Shown: piece by piece, positions 41,166 through 50,949 of the stretch
Numbering within the stretch: the first letter of the stretch is position 1
Layout: each line of letters starts with the position of its first letter
Source of the DNA: Chthoniobacteraceae bacterium
GTDB taxonomy: Bacteria; Verrucomicrobiota; Verrucomicrobiia; Chthoniobacterales; Chthoniobacteraceae
NCBI GenBank assembly: GCA_037190965.1
Contig: JBBCKI010000042.1
Coordinates: forward strand, 1-64,000
Reading direction: 5' to 3'
Length of the DNA stretch: 64,000 nucleotides
Program-made: the position numbers and the translations under genes
Notes under the pieces: generated by a model
What the model was told of the DNA's origin: nothing
The model's input: the letters and a program-made list of their open reading frames with translations, nothing else
Database searches by the model: none

Positions 41166-42722
41166 ATGTCAGATAAAGTGATTATTTTCGATACGACGTT
41201 GCGCGACGGCGAGCAATGCCCCGGGGCGTCGATGAATTTGCGGGAAAAAATGGAAGTCGCCCGGCAACTGGCCCGGCTCAACGTCGACGTCATCGAAGCC
41301 GGTTTCCCGGTCATCAGCGACGGCGACTTCGAGGCGGTGAGCAAGATTGCCACCGAGATCAAGGGGCCCATCATCTGCGGGCTGGCCCGTTGCGTGGCGG
41401 GCGACATCGATGCCGCCGGGGCTGCCGTAAAACCGGCGGGCGACCGGGGCCGCATCCACGTTTTTTTGGCGACCTCCAAGTTGCACCGGGAGTTCAAACT
41501 CAAAAAGGCGAACGAAGAGATCATCCGTCTCGCCGTGGAGGGGGTCAAACGCGCCAAGGCGTTGTGTCGAGACGTTGAGTTTTCACCCGAGGACGCCTCG
41601 CGCACCGAGCCGGAGTTTCTGGCGCAGGTGGTGCAGGCGGCCATCGAGGCCGGGGCCACCACCGTGAACATCCCCGACACCGTTGGTTACGCCGTGCCGG
41701 AGCAGTACGCGGCGTTGATCCGCTACCTGCGCGGCAACGTCCGAAACATCGACGACGCCATCATCAGCGTCCATTGCCATAACGACCTGGGATTGGCGGT
41801 CGCCAACTCTCTGGCGGCCGTGGCGGCGGGAGCCCGGCAGGTGGAGGGGACGATCAACGGCATCGGCGAGCGCGCCGGGAACGCGGCGCTGGAGGAGGTC
41901 GCGATGGCCATTGCCACGCGCGGCGACTACTTCGGCGGCATCACCACGGGAATCAACACCAAGGAGATCGTCAAATCGTCACGTCTGGTCAGCCGGATGA
42001 GCGGGTTGATGGTGCAGCGTTCCAAGGCCATCGTCGGCGAGAATGCCTTTGCCCACAGTTCCGGCATTCACCAGGACGGCATCCTGAAGAAACGCGAGAC
42101 CTACGAAATCATGGACCCGCGCGAAGTCGGCTGGGGCGATACCGAATTGCCGTTGACCAAGCACAGCGGCCGCCACGCCATGGCGATCCGGCTGGAGCAT
42201 CTCGGCTACAAATTGAGCCCCGAGGAGATTGAAAGCGTCTTCGTCCGTTTCAAGGAGATCGGCGACAAGAAGAAGTTCGTTTACGACGATGATCTCTCCG
42301 TGCTGGTGGACGACTCCATGGTCAACGTGGAGGGATGGGTGCTCGATTACATCCATGTCGCCAGCGGCAGCTCCACCATCCCGACGGCCACCGTCCGCCT
42401 GAAACGAGGAGAGGAGACCTTGCAGGACTCCAGCCCCGGCAACGGAGCCGTGGACGCCGCCATGAAAGCCATCGACCGCATTCTCAACCAGCGCGGTCAT
42501 TTGGTGGAATACAACGTACAGGCGGTGACGCAGGGGAAGGACTCTCTGGGCGAAGTGACTATCAAGACCGACTTCGGCGATGGCCGCCTCGTGACCGGCA
42601 AGGGCGCGAGCACCGACGTGATCGAAGCCAGCGCCCGCGCATACCTGAACGCAGTCAACCGGGTGATCGGCGAAAAAGCCAATTCTCGCCGGGCCGAAAC
42701 GCTCGAAGTCACCACGCCCTGA
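41166..42722 (+). CDS. leuA: 2-isopropylmalate synthase
   Basis: [34 protein letters not shown]-terminal regulatory domain. Confidence 0.97.
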   Translation: MSDKVIIFDTTLRDGEQCPGASMNLREKMEVARQLARLNVDVIEAGFPVISDGDFEAVSKIATEIKGPIICGLARCVAGDIDAAGAAVKPAGDRGRIHVFLATSKLHREFKLKKANEEIIRLAVEGVKRAKALCRDVEFSPEDASRTEPEFLAQVVQAAIEAGATTVNIPDTVGYAVPEQYAALIRYLRGNVRNIDDAIISVHCHNDLGLAVANSLAAVAAGARQVEGTINGIGERAGNAALEEVAMAIATRGDYFGGITTGINTKEIVKSSRLVSRMSGLMVQRSKAIVGENAFAHSSGIHQDGILKKRETYEIMDPREVGWGDTELPLTKHSGRHAMAIRLEHLGYKLSPEEIESVFVRFKEIGDKKKFVYDDDLSVLVDDSMVNVEGWVLDYIHVASGSSTIPTATVRLKRGEETLQDSSPGNGAVDAAMKAIDRILNQRGHLVEYNVQAVTQGKDSLGEVTIKTDFGDGRLVTGKGASTDVIEASARAYLNAVNRVIGEKANSRRAETLEVTTP

Positions 42723-42783
42723 TTCCGGGTAAATTGCGGAATGCCGCTGATCGCGGCGGTGGTAACTTAAGGTAAGTTAACCC

Positions 42784-43338
42784 ATGCGGGTTTTTGTTTC
42801 GCTCAACCCCGATCCCGCCACCAAGGCGTGGATCGGGGAAGCGCAACGGCGGGTCCGCGCCGGACTTGCCCGGTTTGAACGCGATATTCGGTGGGTTCGA
42901 CCCGAAGACGTTCATCTAACGCTCGCCTTCCTCGGGGAGGTGGAAGACGCCGTTCCCTTGCAGGAAGCGCTGGCCGCATGCGATTTCAAGGCTTTTGAGG
43001 TGCAGATAGGCGGCTGGGGATGTTTTCCGAGTTCGCGGCACCCGAAGGTCTTGTGGCTTGGCATCGCCGATCCCAGCGACGCGCTGGAGGGATTGCAGGC
43101 GAGCGTGGCCTCGGCGCTCTCCATCCCCGTTGGGCCGGAGCGACCGGCTTTCCAGCCACACCTGACCCTGGCGCGCTTCCGACCGGGACGTTATCGTTAC
43201 CGGATTGGCGCGGCCCTCAAGGCCATCGCCCCTCATGGTCATTCCTTTTCGTGGAGCATCCGCTCCTTCTGCCTGATGGAGAGCCGCCTCGGCGCCGCTC
43301 GAGCAGAGCATACGGTCATCCGCGAATTTTCGGCTTAG
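42784..43338 (+). CDS. thpR: RNA 2',3'-cyclic phosphodiesterase (2H family)
   Basis: Two HLTL motifs. Confidence 0.88.
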   Translation: MRVFVSLNPDPATKAWIGEAQRRVRAGLARFERDIRWVRPEDVHLTLAFLGEVEDAVPLQEALAACDFKAFEVQIGGWGCFPSSRHPKVLWLGIADPSDALEGLQASVASALSIPVGPERPAFQPHLTLARFRPGRYRYRIGAALKAIAPHGHSFSWSIRSFCLMESRLGAARAEHTVIREFSA

Positions 43339-43382
43339 TCTGAAATCACATCAACCTGGGGGAGAACCGCCAGAAGCGAGTT

Positions 43383-43541
43383 AGTGCGGCAGCACTGGTA
43401 GCCCGCTCGCGCCGTCGAGCGCGGGTATCGACTCCTTGGCTTCATGGGGGCCGCATCCTAGTACCAGCAGCCCGTCCCGCGGGGATGAACGCCAAACTCG
43501 GCTCTTCACCCATCCCGCGCTCTCGGCGAGAGCGGGCTACC
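43383..43541. repeat. GTAG-type REP doublet (family B), copy 4, reverse orientation
   Basis: Homologous to 13513-13675 over its whole length. Confidence 0.85.
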
Positions 43542-43658
43542 ACTGCAAACCGCAAGGCCGCGGCGAGCTCAGGCTTACCCTCGGGGTTTTCCCGACCTTC
43601 GAGAACGCCTCACTTTCTCCTTCATCCCGGACGTTTCCTGCGGCATCCTTTGCGGCGC

Positions 43659-45266
43659 ATGGCCACCGGCTATCTCGCACTGATCCTCCACGCCCACCTC
43701 CCGTTCGTACGGCATCCGGAGTACCCTGAATTTTTGGAAGAAGACTGGCTTTACGAAGCCATCACGGAAACCTACATCCCGCTCCTGCAGATGCTGGAGG
43801 GGCTAACGGCGGACAAGGTGCCGTTTGCGCTGACGATGTCGCTCACGCCGACGCTCTGCTCGATGCTGCGCGACCCGCTCCTGCAGGAGCGCTATGTCCG
43901 CTACCTCGATCGCGCCATTGCCCTTGCCAAACTGGAGGTGAACCGCACCGGTCATGACGCCCGGGTGCAAAACCTCGCCCGGTTTTATCTGGAGCGTTTC
44001 ACCGCCTGCCGCTGCCTGTTTGAGGAAGAGTGGCAACGCGATCTCGTCGGGGCGTTCGCCCGGTTGCAGGAGCGCGGGGTGCTGGAGATCATCACCTGCG
44101 CGGCGACGCACGGGTTTCTCCCGCTCATGGAGAACTTCCCCGAAGCGGTGCGGGCGCAGATTTTCATCGCGCGTGATCACTACCGGGAGTGCTTCGGGCG
44201 CGACCCGCAGGGAATCTGGCTGCCGGAGTGCGGCTATGTATCGGGGATTGAAAAGGTGCTCGCCGAGGCGAATCTCCGGTGGTTCGTGATCGATTCGCAT
44301 GGGCTGATGTTCGGCAACCCCCGGCCCCGTTACGCCATTTACGCCCCGTGCTACACGCCCGCGGGCCCGGCGGCGTTTGCCCGCGATCGCGAATCGAGCC
44401 GTCAGGTCTGGAGCGCGGAGGAAGGGTATCCCGGCGACCCGGCTTACCGTGATTTCTACCGCGATATTGGGTTCGACCTGAGCGATCACCAGCTCGAAGG
44501 GTTCGTATCCCCCGGTTGCCCCCGCAAGTTCAGCGGCATCAAGTACCACCGAATTACCGGGGCTACGGCCGACAAGGATATTTACAACCGCGCCTGGGCG
44601 CTGGGCGCGATCGATGCCCACGCCGCACATTTCGTGCAGGCGCGCGTGACGCAGATCAAGCAAATCACTGCCAACGCCAGCATCGCCCCAATCGTTGTCA
44701 GCCCCTTTGACGCGGAGCTTTTCGGCCACTGGTGGTTCGAGGGGCCGGAGTTCGTGAATCTCTTTATCCGCAAGGCGGCTTACGACCAGCAGACCTTCGA
44801 GATGACGACCCCGAGCCGTTTTCTCGCCCGCAACCCGACCCAGCAGCTTCTCGTCCCATCGGCGTCGAGCTGGGGGCACAAGGGGTACTGGGAAGTCTGG
44901 CTCGACGAGAGCAATTCCTGGATCTACCCGCACCTGCACATGGCGGCGCGACGAATGACGGAGCTGGCCAACACATTTGCGGAGGAGGTCCCTCCCCTGA
45001 TCGACCGCGCCCTGCGTCAGCTCGCCCGCGAGTTGCTTCTCGCGCAGTCGAGCGACTGGGCCTTCCTGATGAAGACCGGCACCGCCCGGAACTACGCCAC
45101 CAAACGGACCAAGGATCACATCCTCCGGTTCACCCGGCTTTACGACCAGATCAAGGGGAGGAACATCGACGAAAAGTTCCTCGCAAACTGCGAGTGGCGC
45201 GATAACCTCTTCCCAAATCTCGACTGGCGGCATTATGTGAATCGTGTGATTCCACCCGCCGATTGA
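43659..45266 (+). CDS. GH57 1,4-alpha-glucan branching enzyme (DUF1957)
   Basis: HAHLPFV, WLPECG, FDAELFGHWWFEG, AQSSDWAF motifs. Confidence 0.92.
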   Translation: MATGYLALILHAHLPFVRHPEYPEFLEEDWLYEAITETYIPLLQMLEGLTADKVPFALTMSLTPTLCSMLRDPLLQERYVRYLDRAIALAKLEVNRTGHDARVQNLARFYLERFTACRCLFEEEWQRDLVGAFARLQERGVLEIITCAATHGFLPLMENFPEAVRAQIFIARDHYRECFGRDPQGIWLPECGYVSGIEKVLAEANLRWFVIDSHGLMFGNPRPRYAIYAPCYTPAGPAAFARDRESSRQVWSAEEGYPGDPAYRDFYRDIGFDLSDHQLEGFVSPGCPRKFSGIKYHRITGATADKDIYNRAWALGAIDAHAAHFVQARVTQIKQITANASIAPIVVSPFDAELFGHWWFEGPEFVNLFIRKAAYDQQTFEMTTPSRFLARNPTQQLLVPSASSWGHKGYWEVWLDESNSWIYPHLHMAARRMTELANTFAEEVPPLIDRALRQLARELLLAQSSDWAFLMKTGTARNYATKRTKDHILRFTRLYDQIKGRNIDEKFLANCEWRDNLFPNLDWRHYVNRVIPPAD

Positions 45267-45290
45267 GTCGTTTTTACGTATCCGCTCGCG

Positions 45291-46712
45291 ATGAGTCCCA
45301 GAGGAAAGAAGTTTGGGGGTGTCAGAAACCGTCTGACCCCATGGTTTGCCGTCTGCCTTTTGCCGTTGCTCGCTTTGCGGGGATTCGCGGCGGAGATCAA
45401 AATCGAGTTTCTGCCTCCACCGATGGAGGGAACAATCTCGCTCGGGATCTATGACGCAACCGGCAAACTGGTCCGCACGCTTCATCGCGAGGCCGATACC
45501 GACGAGTTCACGGTCGCCCTCAACGGCCTCGTGACGCGATGGAATGGCAAGGACGACAAGGGGGACGCCTGCCCTCCCGGCAAATATCACGCGCGCGGTT
45601 ATACCGTGGGAGATCTGAAGCTCGATGGCGTCGATTTCCATGGCAATGACTGGGTGACCGACGACGATTCGCCCCGGATTACGCGGATCACGCGGATTGC
45701 CGCGCAGGCTGACGGGGCGCTGCTGGTCGAAGCCACCGTTCCCGGCGAGACCGCGCCGAAAACCTTTGTTGCCATGCCTGTCCCGGAGGAACCGGAAGCG
45801 GTGCCGGACTGGAAGCTGACTCCGGCCCCGGAGGATGCTCGTTTTACTGAACCGGCGGTTTTCGTGCGCGATGGGGCGATTCACGGATTCGGGGGAAAAC
45901 TCCCCGCTGACCTTCGCCCCATGGACGCGGTGGCCGGCGTAGAGGGAGCCCTTTGGGTAATCGACGGCGAGAGCGTGAAAGAGTTTTCAGCCTCAGGGGA
46001 ACTACGCCGCACCCTGCCTCCCGCGCCGGATATCCCGCCTCCCACCAAACTGGCGTTTGCTCCTTCCACGGGGACCCTCTTCGTCCTGGGCGAGAACAGC
46101 GAACAACAGACACTCCGGGGGCTTAACCCTGCCGCGCCGGAAGAGCCGCTTTTCGAAAAAGGGATCCGCTACAGTGATCGATTCGAGCAGGCGCAACCGA
46201 TCCTGAAATTTTCCGATGGAAAGCCGTTCATCGCCGTCCCTTCTCTCAAGGTCCCCCTGGTACCTAACCCATTGTTGAGAAAGGGTTCAGGGCTGGCGCA
46301 GGTGCGGGTTGAGACGGACGCTTCGGGAGCCGTTCTGACCACACTCGACGGTCTGCCGCTCGCCCGGGTGAGCGAAACCGCAAACCTGAAATGGGCCGTC
46401 ATCGGACGCGGTGCCGATGCCAAAAAGAAAGCAGCCACGATTTTCGAGAGTGACGGCGCGGTGATCGCCGAGTTCAAAGCCGAACGCCTCGACAACATGA
46501 TGGCGTTCGACGCAGGGGTCTTCGAGTTGCCGGTCGAAGCTCCCAAACCGACGCCGGCCTCTGAAGTTCCTGAGGCTCCTGAAGCGACCCCCGAAGCGCC
46601 TGAGAAGGCTCCCCAAACAGCCACGCCGGAAGCCACGGCTGCCCCCGAGCCGACCCCGGAAACAACTCCGAAACCGGCATTGGAGGCAACGCCGGTCGCC
46701 CCGGTCCATTAA
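45291..46712 (+). CDS. Secreted hypothetical protein with FlgD-like Ig domain and Pro/Ala/Glu-rich tail
   Basis: Signal peptide; IYDATGKLVRTL...WNGKDDKG...PGKY pattern; low-complexity C-terminus. Confidence 0.7.
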   Translation: MSPRGKKFGGVRNRLTPWFAVCLLPLLALRGFAAEIKIEFLPPPMEGTISLGIYDATGKLVRTLHREADTDEFTVALNGLVTRWNGKDDKGDACPPGKYHARGYTVGDLKLDGVDFHGNDWVTDDDSPRITRITRIAAQADGALLVEATVPGETAPKTFVAMPVPEEPEAVPDWKLTPAPEDARFTEPAVFVRDGAIHGFGGKLPADLRPMDAVAGVEGALWVIDGESVKEFSASGELRRTLPPAPDIPPPTKLAFAPSTGTLFVLGENSEQQTLRGLNPAAPEEPLFEKGIRYSDRFEQAQPILKFSDGKPFIAVPSLKVPLVPNPLLRKGSGLAQVRVETDASGAVLTTLDGLPLARVSETANLKWAVIGRGADAKKKAATIFESDGAVIAEFKAERLDNMMAFDAGVFELPVEAPKPTPASEVPEAPEATPEAPEKAPQTATPEATAAPEPTPETTPKPALEATPVAPVH

Positions 46713-46762
46713 ACCTGAATCCCGAAGTGGCTGACGGCGCTCCAACAGCGGAATTCAGGTGA
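46710..46762. mobile_element. Internally deleted MITE family C
   Basis: TAAACCTGAATCCCG ... CGGAATTCAGGTGA termini with short spacer. Confidence 0.65.
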
Positions 46763-46986
46763 ATGCTTCGGATTTCGCTTTTTTTGCCCAAACGGGGGCC
46801 CTTTTTCCCTGAAGATAGGCAAAACTTTTGATTGCGAATTTCCTTCAAAGGGGACATCTTGCACGCTCGATTGTTTTTCGTAGCGCGGTAGATCGTCAGT
46901 TGAAGGCCAGTAAGTGGTGCTCAGTGAGGATTCTGAAACCCGATTCCCGGGAACGGCTCTGATAGCTGACATTCGTCTCAAAACAT

Positions 46987-47334
46987 ATGAAACTTTACGT
47001 AGGAAATCTTTCCTTCGATACCACTGAAAACGACCTTCAGGAGCTGTTCGAACAGTTCGGCAACGTCACCGACGTCGGCCTCATCATTGACCGCGCCACG
47101 GCCCGCTCACGCGGCTTCGCGTTCGTCACGATGGGCAGCGCCTCGGAAGGCCAGGCCGCGATTGACGCACTGGAAGGCAAGCCTTTCCAGGGCCGTAACC
47201 TGACCGTCAACGAAGCACGTCCTCGTGAAGAGCGTTCCTTCGGCGGCGGCGGTGGTGGCGGCCGTTCTTCCGGCGGTGGCCGTTCCTTTGGCGGTGGCGG
47301 CGGAGGCCGCGGTGGCTACGGTGGCCGTCGTTAA
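46987..47334 (+). CDS. RRM RNA-binding protein with Gly-rich tail
   Basis: RNP2 LYVGNL, RNP1 [19 protein letters not shown] tail. Confidence 0.95.
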   Translation: MKLYVGNLSFDTTENDLQELFEQFGNVTDVGLIIDRATARSRGFAFVTMGSASEGQAAIDALEGKPFQGRNLTVNEARPREERSFGGGGGGGRSSGGGRSFGGGGGGRGGYGGRR

Positions 47335-47353
47335 TTAAGTCAGATTTCAAGTA

Positions 47354-47385
47354 AAGGGCGGAGTCTTTCACCGGACTCCGCCCTT
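47354..47385 (+). terminator. Strong hairpin, probable terminator
   Basis: AAGGGCGGAGTC / GACTCCGCCCTT 12-bp stem after the RRM gene; weak U tract. Confidence 0.6.
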
Positions 47386-47483
47386 GCTTGCTCAAACAAC
47401 AAAAAACAGATCGCGCCAAAAACGCGAGAAAACCGACTGATGCAAGGCAGACCCCGGGTGAACGAGGCCTGCCAATTTTCACT

Positions 47484-47702
47484 ATGGCTGTAGAAACTGC
47501 GATTCAACTCGAAGGCAAAATTGTCTCTGTGCTCGCCGGAACGATGTTCCGGGTGGAGCTGGCCAACAAACACCTCGTCCTCGCCCACATCTCGGGGAAG
47601 ATGAGGAAACGCTTCATCCGCCTCACCTGCGGCGACCGCGTGAAGCTCGAAATGTCTCCCTACGATCTCGATAAGGCTCGGATCGTGTACCGGCTCGGGT
47701 AG
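47484..47702 (+). CDS. infA: Translation initiation factor IF-1
   Basis: [23 protein letters not shown]. Confidence 0.96.
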   Translation: MAVETAIQLEGKIVSVLAGTMFRVELANKHLVLAHISGKMRKRFIRLTCGDRVKLEMSPYDLDKARIVYRLG

Positions 47703-47916
47703 CCCGGCGGGGAACGCGTCAGGCGTTGCTCTTCGCGCCGCGCGTTTTTTCCCCGAAAGCCCCCTTTGATTTTGGCAGAAGCCCGTGATCGGGCTCGCCC
47801 TGTTTGGCGTTTGGCTGCGGCCGTCCGCCGTGGCGGCAGCGAAAGAATGAAATCAGTTTCTCCCGGGCAGGTCCACCGCGGGGTGGATTCCCGAAACTCT
47901 CTGCAAGGGAGGAACT

Positions 47917-48564
47917 ATGATGAGAAGAACCCAATTGATTGCGGCGGTGATTGCAACCGCATGCGCAGGAGTTGGATCGGCGATGGCCTGTGGTACGTGC
48001 GGTGGCTATGGCGGAGGCTATGGTTATTATTCGCGGCCGGCACCGGTCGGCGAGTTTTTAACCACTCGGACGTTTATCAGGGAAAGGCCGATTTGTTATA
48101 CGCGGACAGTACGGACCTATGTGCAACCCGCACCGGTGGGTGAATGGATCACCACCCGGCGCGTTTTTGTGCGGAGACTGGCGCCGGTGGCGGACATGCT
48201 CCCCATGAGGACCCGTTGCTACACGCGCCTCGCGCCTGTGGGTGAAAGAATTATCACCCGCCGCGTGATCGCGGAACGGCCATACGGCTTTACCCGCACC
48301 GTGGCGGCACCGGTTCGCTGGACGGGGAGTGTGGTCTCCTGGCCATTCCGGCGGGCATTCTGTCCACAGCCGGAGATCGTCGGTGAGCGGATATTGGTGA
48401 CGAAAGTCTCCACTTATCCCTCCGAGCGCGCCTGTGTCACCAAGCGGCACTACAAGAAAGTGCTCCATGCCAAGATGGTGCATCCCCGCAGGCATCACGT
48501 GGCCTTCACGAAACGCATCGCGCCAGTGGGCGAACGCGCCGTGATCATACGCCGCCACCGCTAA
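47917..48564 (+). CDS. Secreted Arg-rich protein with APVGE repeats
   Basis: GGGAGG RBS, signal peptide, recurring APVGE-like units. Confidence 0.7.
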   Translation: MMRRTQLIAAVIATACAGVGSAMACGTCGGYGGGYGYYSRPAPVGEFLTTRTFIRERPICYTRTVRTYVQPAPVGEWITTRRVFVRRLAPVADMLPMRTRCYTRLAPVGERIITRRVIAERPYGFTRTVAAPVRWTGSVVSWPFRRAFCPQPEIVGERILVTKVSTYPSERACVTKRHYKKVLHAKMVHPRRHHVAFTKRIAPVGERAVIIRRHR

Positions 48565-48666
48565 TCGCGGAAAACGCTGGTGTTCAGAGTGTGCCGGGGG
48601 AGGGGTCAACCTCTCCCCCGGCACCTTGTTTTGACTTTGCCGTGTCGATCTGGTTGCCTGCTCCTC

Positions 48667-49623
48667 ATGGAATCCGGAGATCTCAGCCGCAGAACTTTTC
48701 TCAAGGTCGCTGCTTTTTCCACGGCAGCCCTGGCCGCGCCAACGGCTATTGCAGGCAATGCCGCCCGGTTGCCGCGCCGCGAGTACGGCGACACCGGCGT
48801 GAAGCTCTCCGTGATCGGGATGGGCGGCATCGTCGTCAGGAACGTAGAGCAGGCCCATGCGAACCGTCTGGTGGCAGAATTCGTGGAGCGCGGCGTGAAC
48901 TATTTTGACGTGGCCCCCTCCTACGGTGACGCGGAGCAAAAGCTGGCCCCCGCCCTCAAGCCGTACCGGAAGGAATCGTTCCTCGCCTGCAAAACCACCG
49001 AACGCACTCGCGAGGGGGCGGAGCGGGAACTCAAGCAATCGCTGGAACGGTTTCAAACCGACTATTTCGATCTCTATCAACTCCATGCGATCACGGAGGT
49101 GGCCAAGGATGTCGATGCCGTTTTCGCAAAAGGAGGCGCGATGGAGGTGTTCCTGGAAGCGAAAAAATCGGGACGGATCCGTCATCTCGGTTTCTCCGCG
49201 CACTCGGTCGAGGCGGCGCTTGCGGCGATGGACCGTCATGATTTCGACTCCATTCTTTTTCCCGTCAATTTTGCCACCTACTACAAGGGCGGGTTCGGCC
49301 CGCAGATCGTGGAGAAGGCAAAATCCCGGGGTGTCGCCCGGCTCGCGCTCAAGGCCCTGGCGCGCCAGAAGTGGCCGGAGAAGAGTCCCGACCGGGCAAA
49401 ATTTCCCAACTGCTGGTACGAGCCCTGTGCAGATCCTCGCGAGGCGAAGCTCGCCCTGAGCTTTACGCTCAGTCAGCCGGTGACGGCGGCGTTGCCGCCC
49501 GGCGACGAAGCGCTCTTCCGGATGGCGGTCGATCTTGCGATGGATCTCAAACCGATCACCCCGGAGGAGACCGCCGAGGTTGAGAAGCTGGCGGCGTCGC
49601 TCGATCCGCTTTTCAGCGTCTAG
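48667..49623 (+). CDS. Aldo/keto reductase with Tat signal
   Basis: SRRTFLK, FDVAPSYG, DLYQLH, LGFSAH. Confidence 0.9.
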   Translation: MESGDLSRRTFLKVAAFSTAALAAPTAIAGNAARLPRREYGDTGVKLSVIGMGGIVVRNVEQAHANRLVAEFVERGVNYFDVAPSYGDAEQKLAPALKPYRKESFLACKTTERTREGAERELKQSLERFQTDYFDLYQLHAITEVAKDVDAVFAKGGAMEVFLEAKKSGRIRHLGFSAHSVEAALAAMDRHDFDSILFPVNFATYYKGGFGPQIVEKAKSRGVARLALKALARQKWPEKSPDRAKFPNCWYEPCADPREAKLALSFTLSQPVTAALPPGDEALFRMAVDLAMDLKPITPEETAEVEKLAASLDPLFSV

Positions 49624-49634
49624 AGAGAACTAGC

Positions 49635-50447
49635 TTAAAACCGCCGCCCGTGATTGAGCGCGTCGGTAACGCCTCCTTCGGCGTTGTTCCAGCGGAGATA
49701 CCCGGTGATGGCGTCGTTCACGAAACGCTTTCCGCAGGAGGCCGCCTCCCGCAGCGACAGGCCCCGGGCGAGCCCGGCGGCGATGGCGGCGGAAAACGTA
49801 CACCCCGTGCCGTGGGTGGAAACACCGGGGACACGCGGGGCGGTGAACTCGGTCATTTCCCCGCTCGGAAGCGCGAGAAGATCGAAAGCGTCCCCCTCCA
49901 GATGCCCGCCTTTGAGAAGGAATGCCGTTTTGAACCGCGAGGTAAGCTCGGAGGCAGCTTCGCGCATCGCGTTGGGACTGGTCAGGGGCCGCCCTGCAAA
50001 AACGGCGGCTTCGTCGAGGTTCGGGGTTACCAATGTCGCGAGCGGGAGCAGGCGCTCCCGATAGGCGGCGATCCCATCGGGTTCCAGCAACGGATCGCCG
50101 CTGCTGGCAATCATTACCGGATCGACCACCAGCGCAGGACGGCCGGAGGCGGGAAGGGCCTCAAGCACCTCGCAGACGGCTTCGATGACAGGGCGCGAAA
50201 AGAGCATCCCCGTCTTCATGGCGGCGACGGGATAAGCCTCCAACGAGAGGCGGATCTGTTCCGCCACGATCTCCGGAGGAATTGGAGCGATGGCGCTCAC
50301 TTTGCCCGGCACCTCCGCCACGACGCAGGTGATGGCGGTGAGCCCGTAAACACCAAGGGCGGTAAACGTCTTCAAATCGGCCTGCGCACCGGCTCCGGCG
50401 CTGTTGTCAGACCCGGCTACGGTAAGGGCGACGGGTGGGTTTTGCAT
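49635..50447 (-). CDS. thiD: Hydroxymethylpyrimidine/phosphomethylpyrimidine kinase
   Basis: AGSD, QADLKT, DPVM, TPNLDE, KGGH, THGTGCT. Confidence 0.93.
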   Translation of the reverse strand: MQNPPVALTVAGSDNSAGAGAQADLKTFTALGVYGLTAITCVVAEVPGKVSAIAPIPPEIVAEQIRLSLEAYPVAAMKTGMLFSRPVIEAVCEVLEALPASGRPALVVDPVMIASSGDPLLEPDGIAAYRERLLPLATLVTPNLDEAAVFAGRPLTSPNAMREAASELTSRFKTAFLLKGGHLEGDAFDLLALPSGEMTEFTAPRVPGVSTHGTGCTFSAAIAAGLARGLSLREAASCGKRFVNDAITGYLRWNNAEGGVTDALNHGRRF

Positions 50448-50466
50448 AAGGTGCGTCCTTCCTGGC

Positions 50467-50844
50467 TTACTGGGGCACTTTCATTTCGAACCGGGGGATG
50501 CGGGTCACCACCGGCTCCCCCTCCTCGTTCACGCCGATAAACGCGCCTTCCGCGAAGCTGTCCGAACCGACGACATGGTAGGAGTTGTAGGAAAAATGCT
50601 CGCCCGGTTCGAGCCGGGGAAACTTGCCGATGACCCCATCGCCCTCGACGACGACTTTTCCTCCCTCGGCATCGGTGACGACCCACTTGCGCCCCTTGAT
50701 GGTGACGGTTTCCTCGGAGAGATTTTCGATGGTGAGAAAATAGACGAACGGGTGGGGACGCTCGGCAGGCGCTTCCAGATTGGGCGCGTAAACGAGTTTG
50801 TCGAGCCGGACACAGAGGGATTTCAATTCGCGAAACGGAGGCAT
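50467..50844 (-). CDS. apaG: ApaG (DUF525) protein
   Basis: RKWVVTD, VEGDGVIGKFPRLEPGE motif. Confidence 0.88.
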   Translation of the reverse strand: MPPFRELKSLCVRLDKLVYAPNLEAPAERPHPFVYFLTIENLSEETVTIKGRKWVVTDAEGGKVVVEGDGVIGKFPRLEPGEHFSYNSYHVVGSDSFAEGAFIGVNEEGEPVVTRIPRFEMKVPQ

Positions 50845-50848
50845 GAGA

Positions 50849-50949
50849 CTAGAGCGTTTTTGAGCTAAGTATTTGCAATTATTTGCGAGCGCCGCGCAAC
50901 GGCCCGCGCCGCCGCAAAGAATGTAAATAGGAAATTCAAAATCGCTCTA
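50849..50949. mobile_element. MITE family D, internally deleted copy
   Basis: Same termini and subterminal sequence as 40693-40862, centre missing. Confidence 0.85.

Noticed and set aside
50447..50467. TPP riboswitch before thiD
   Set aside because: Only about 20 bp separate apaG and thiD; no room and no motif
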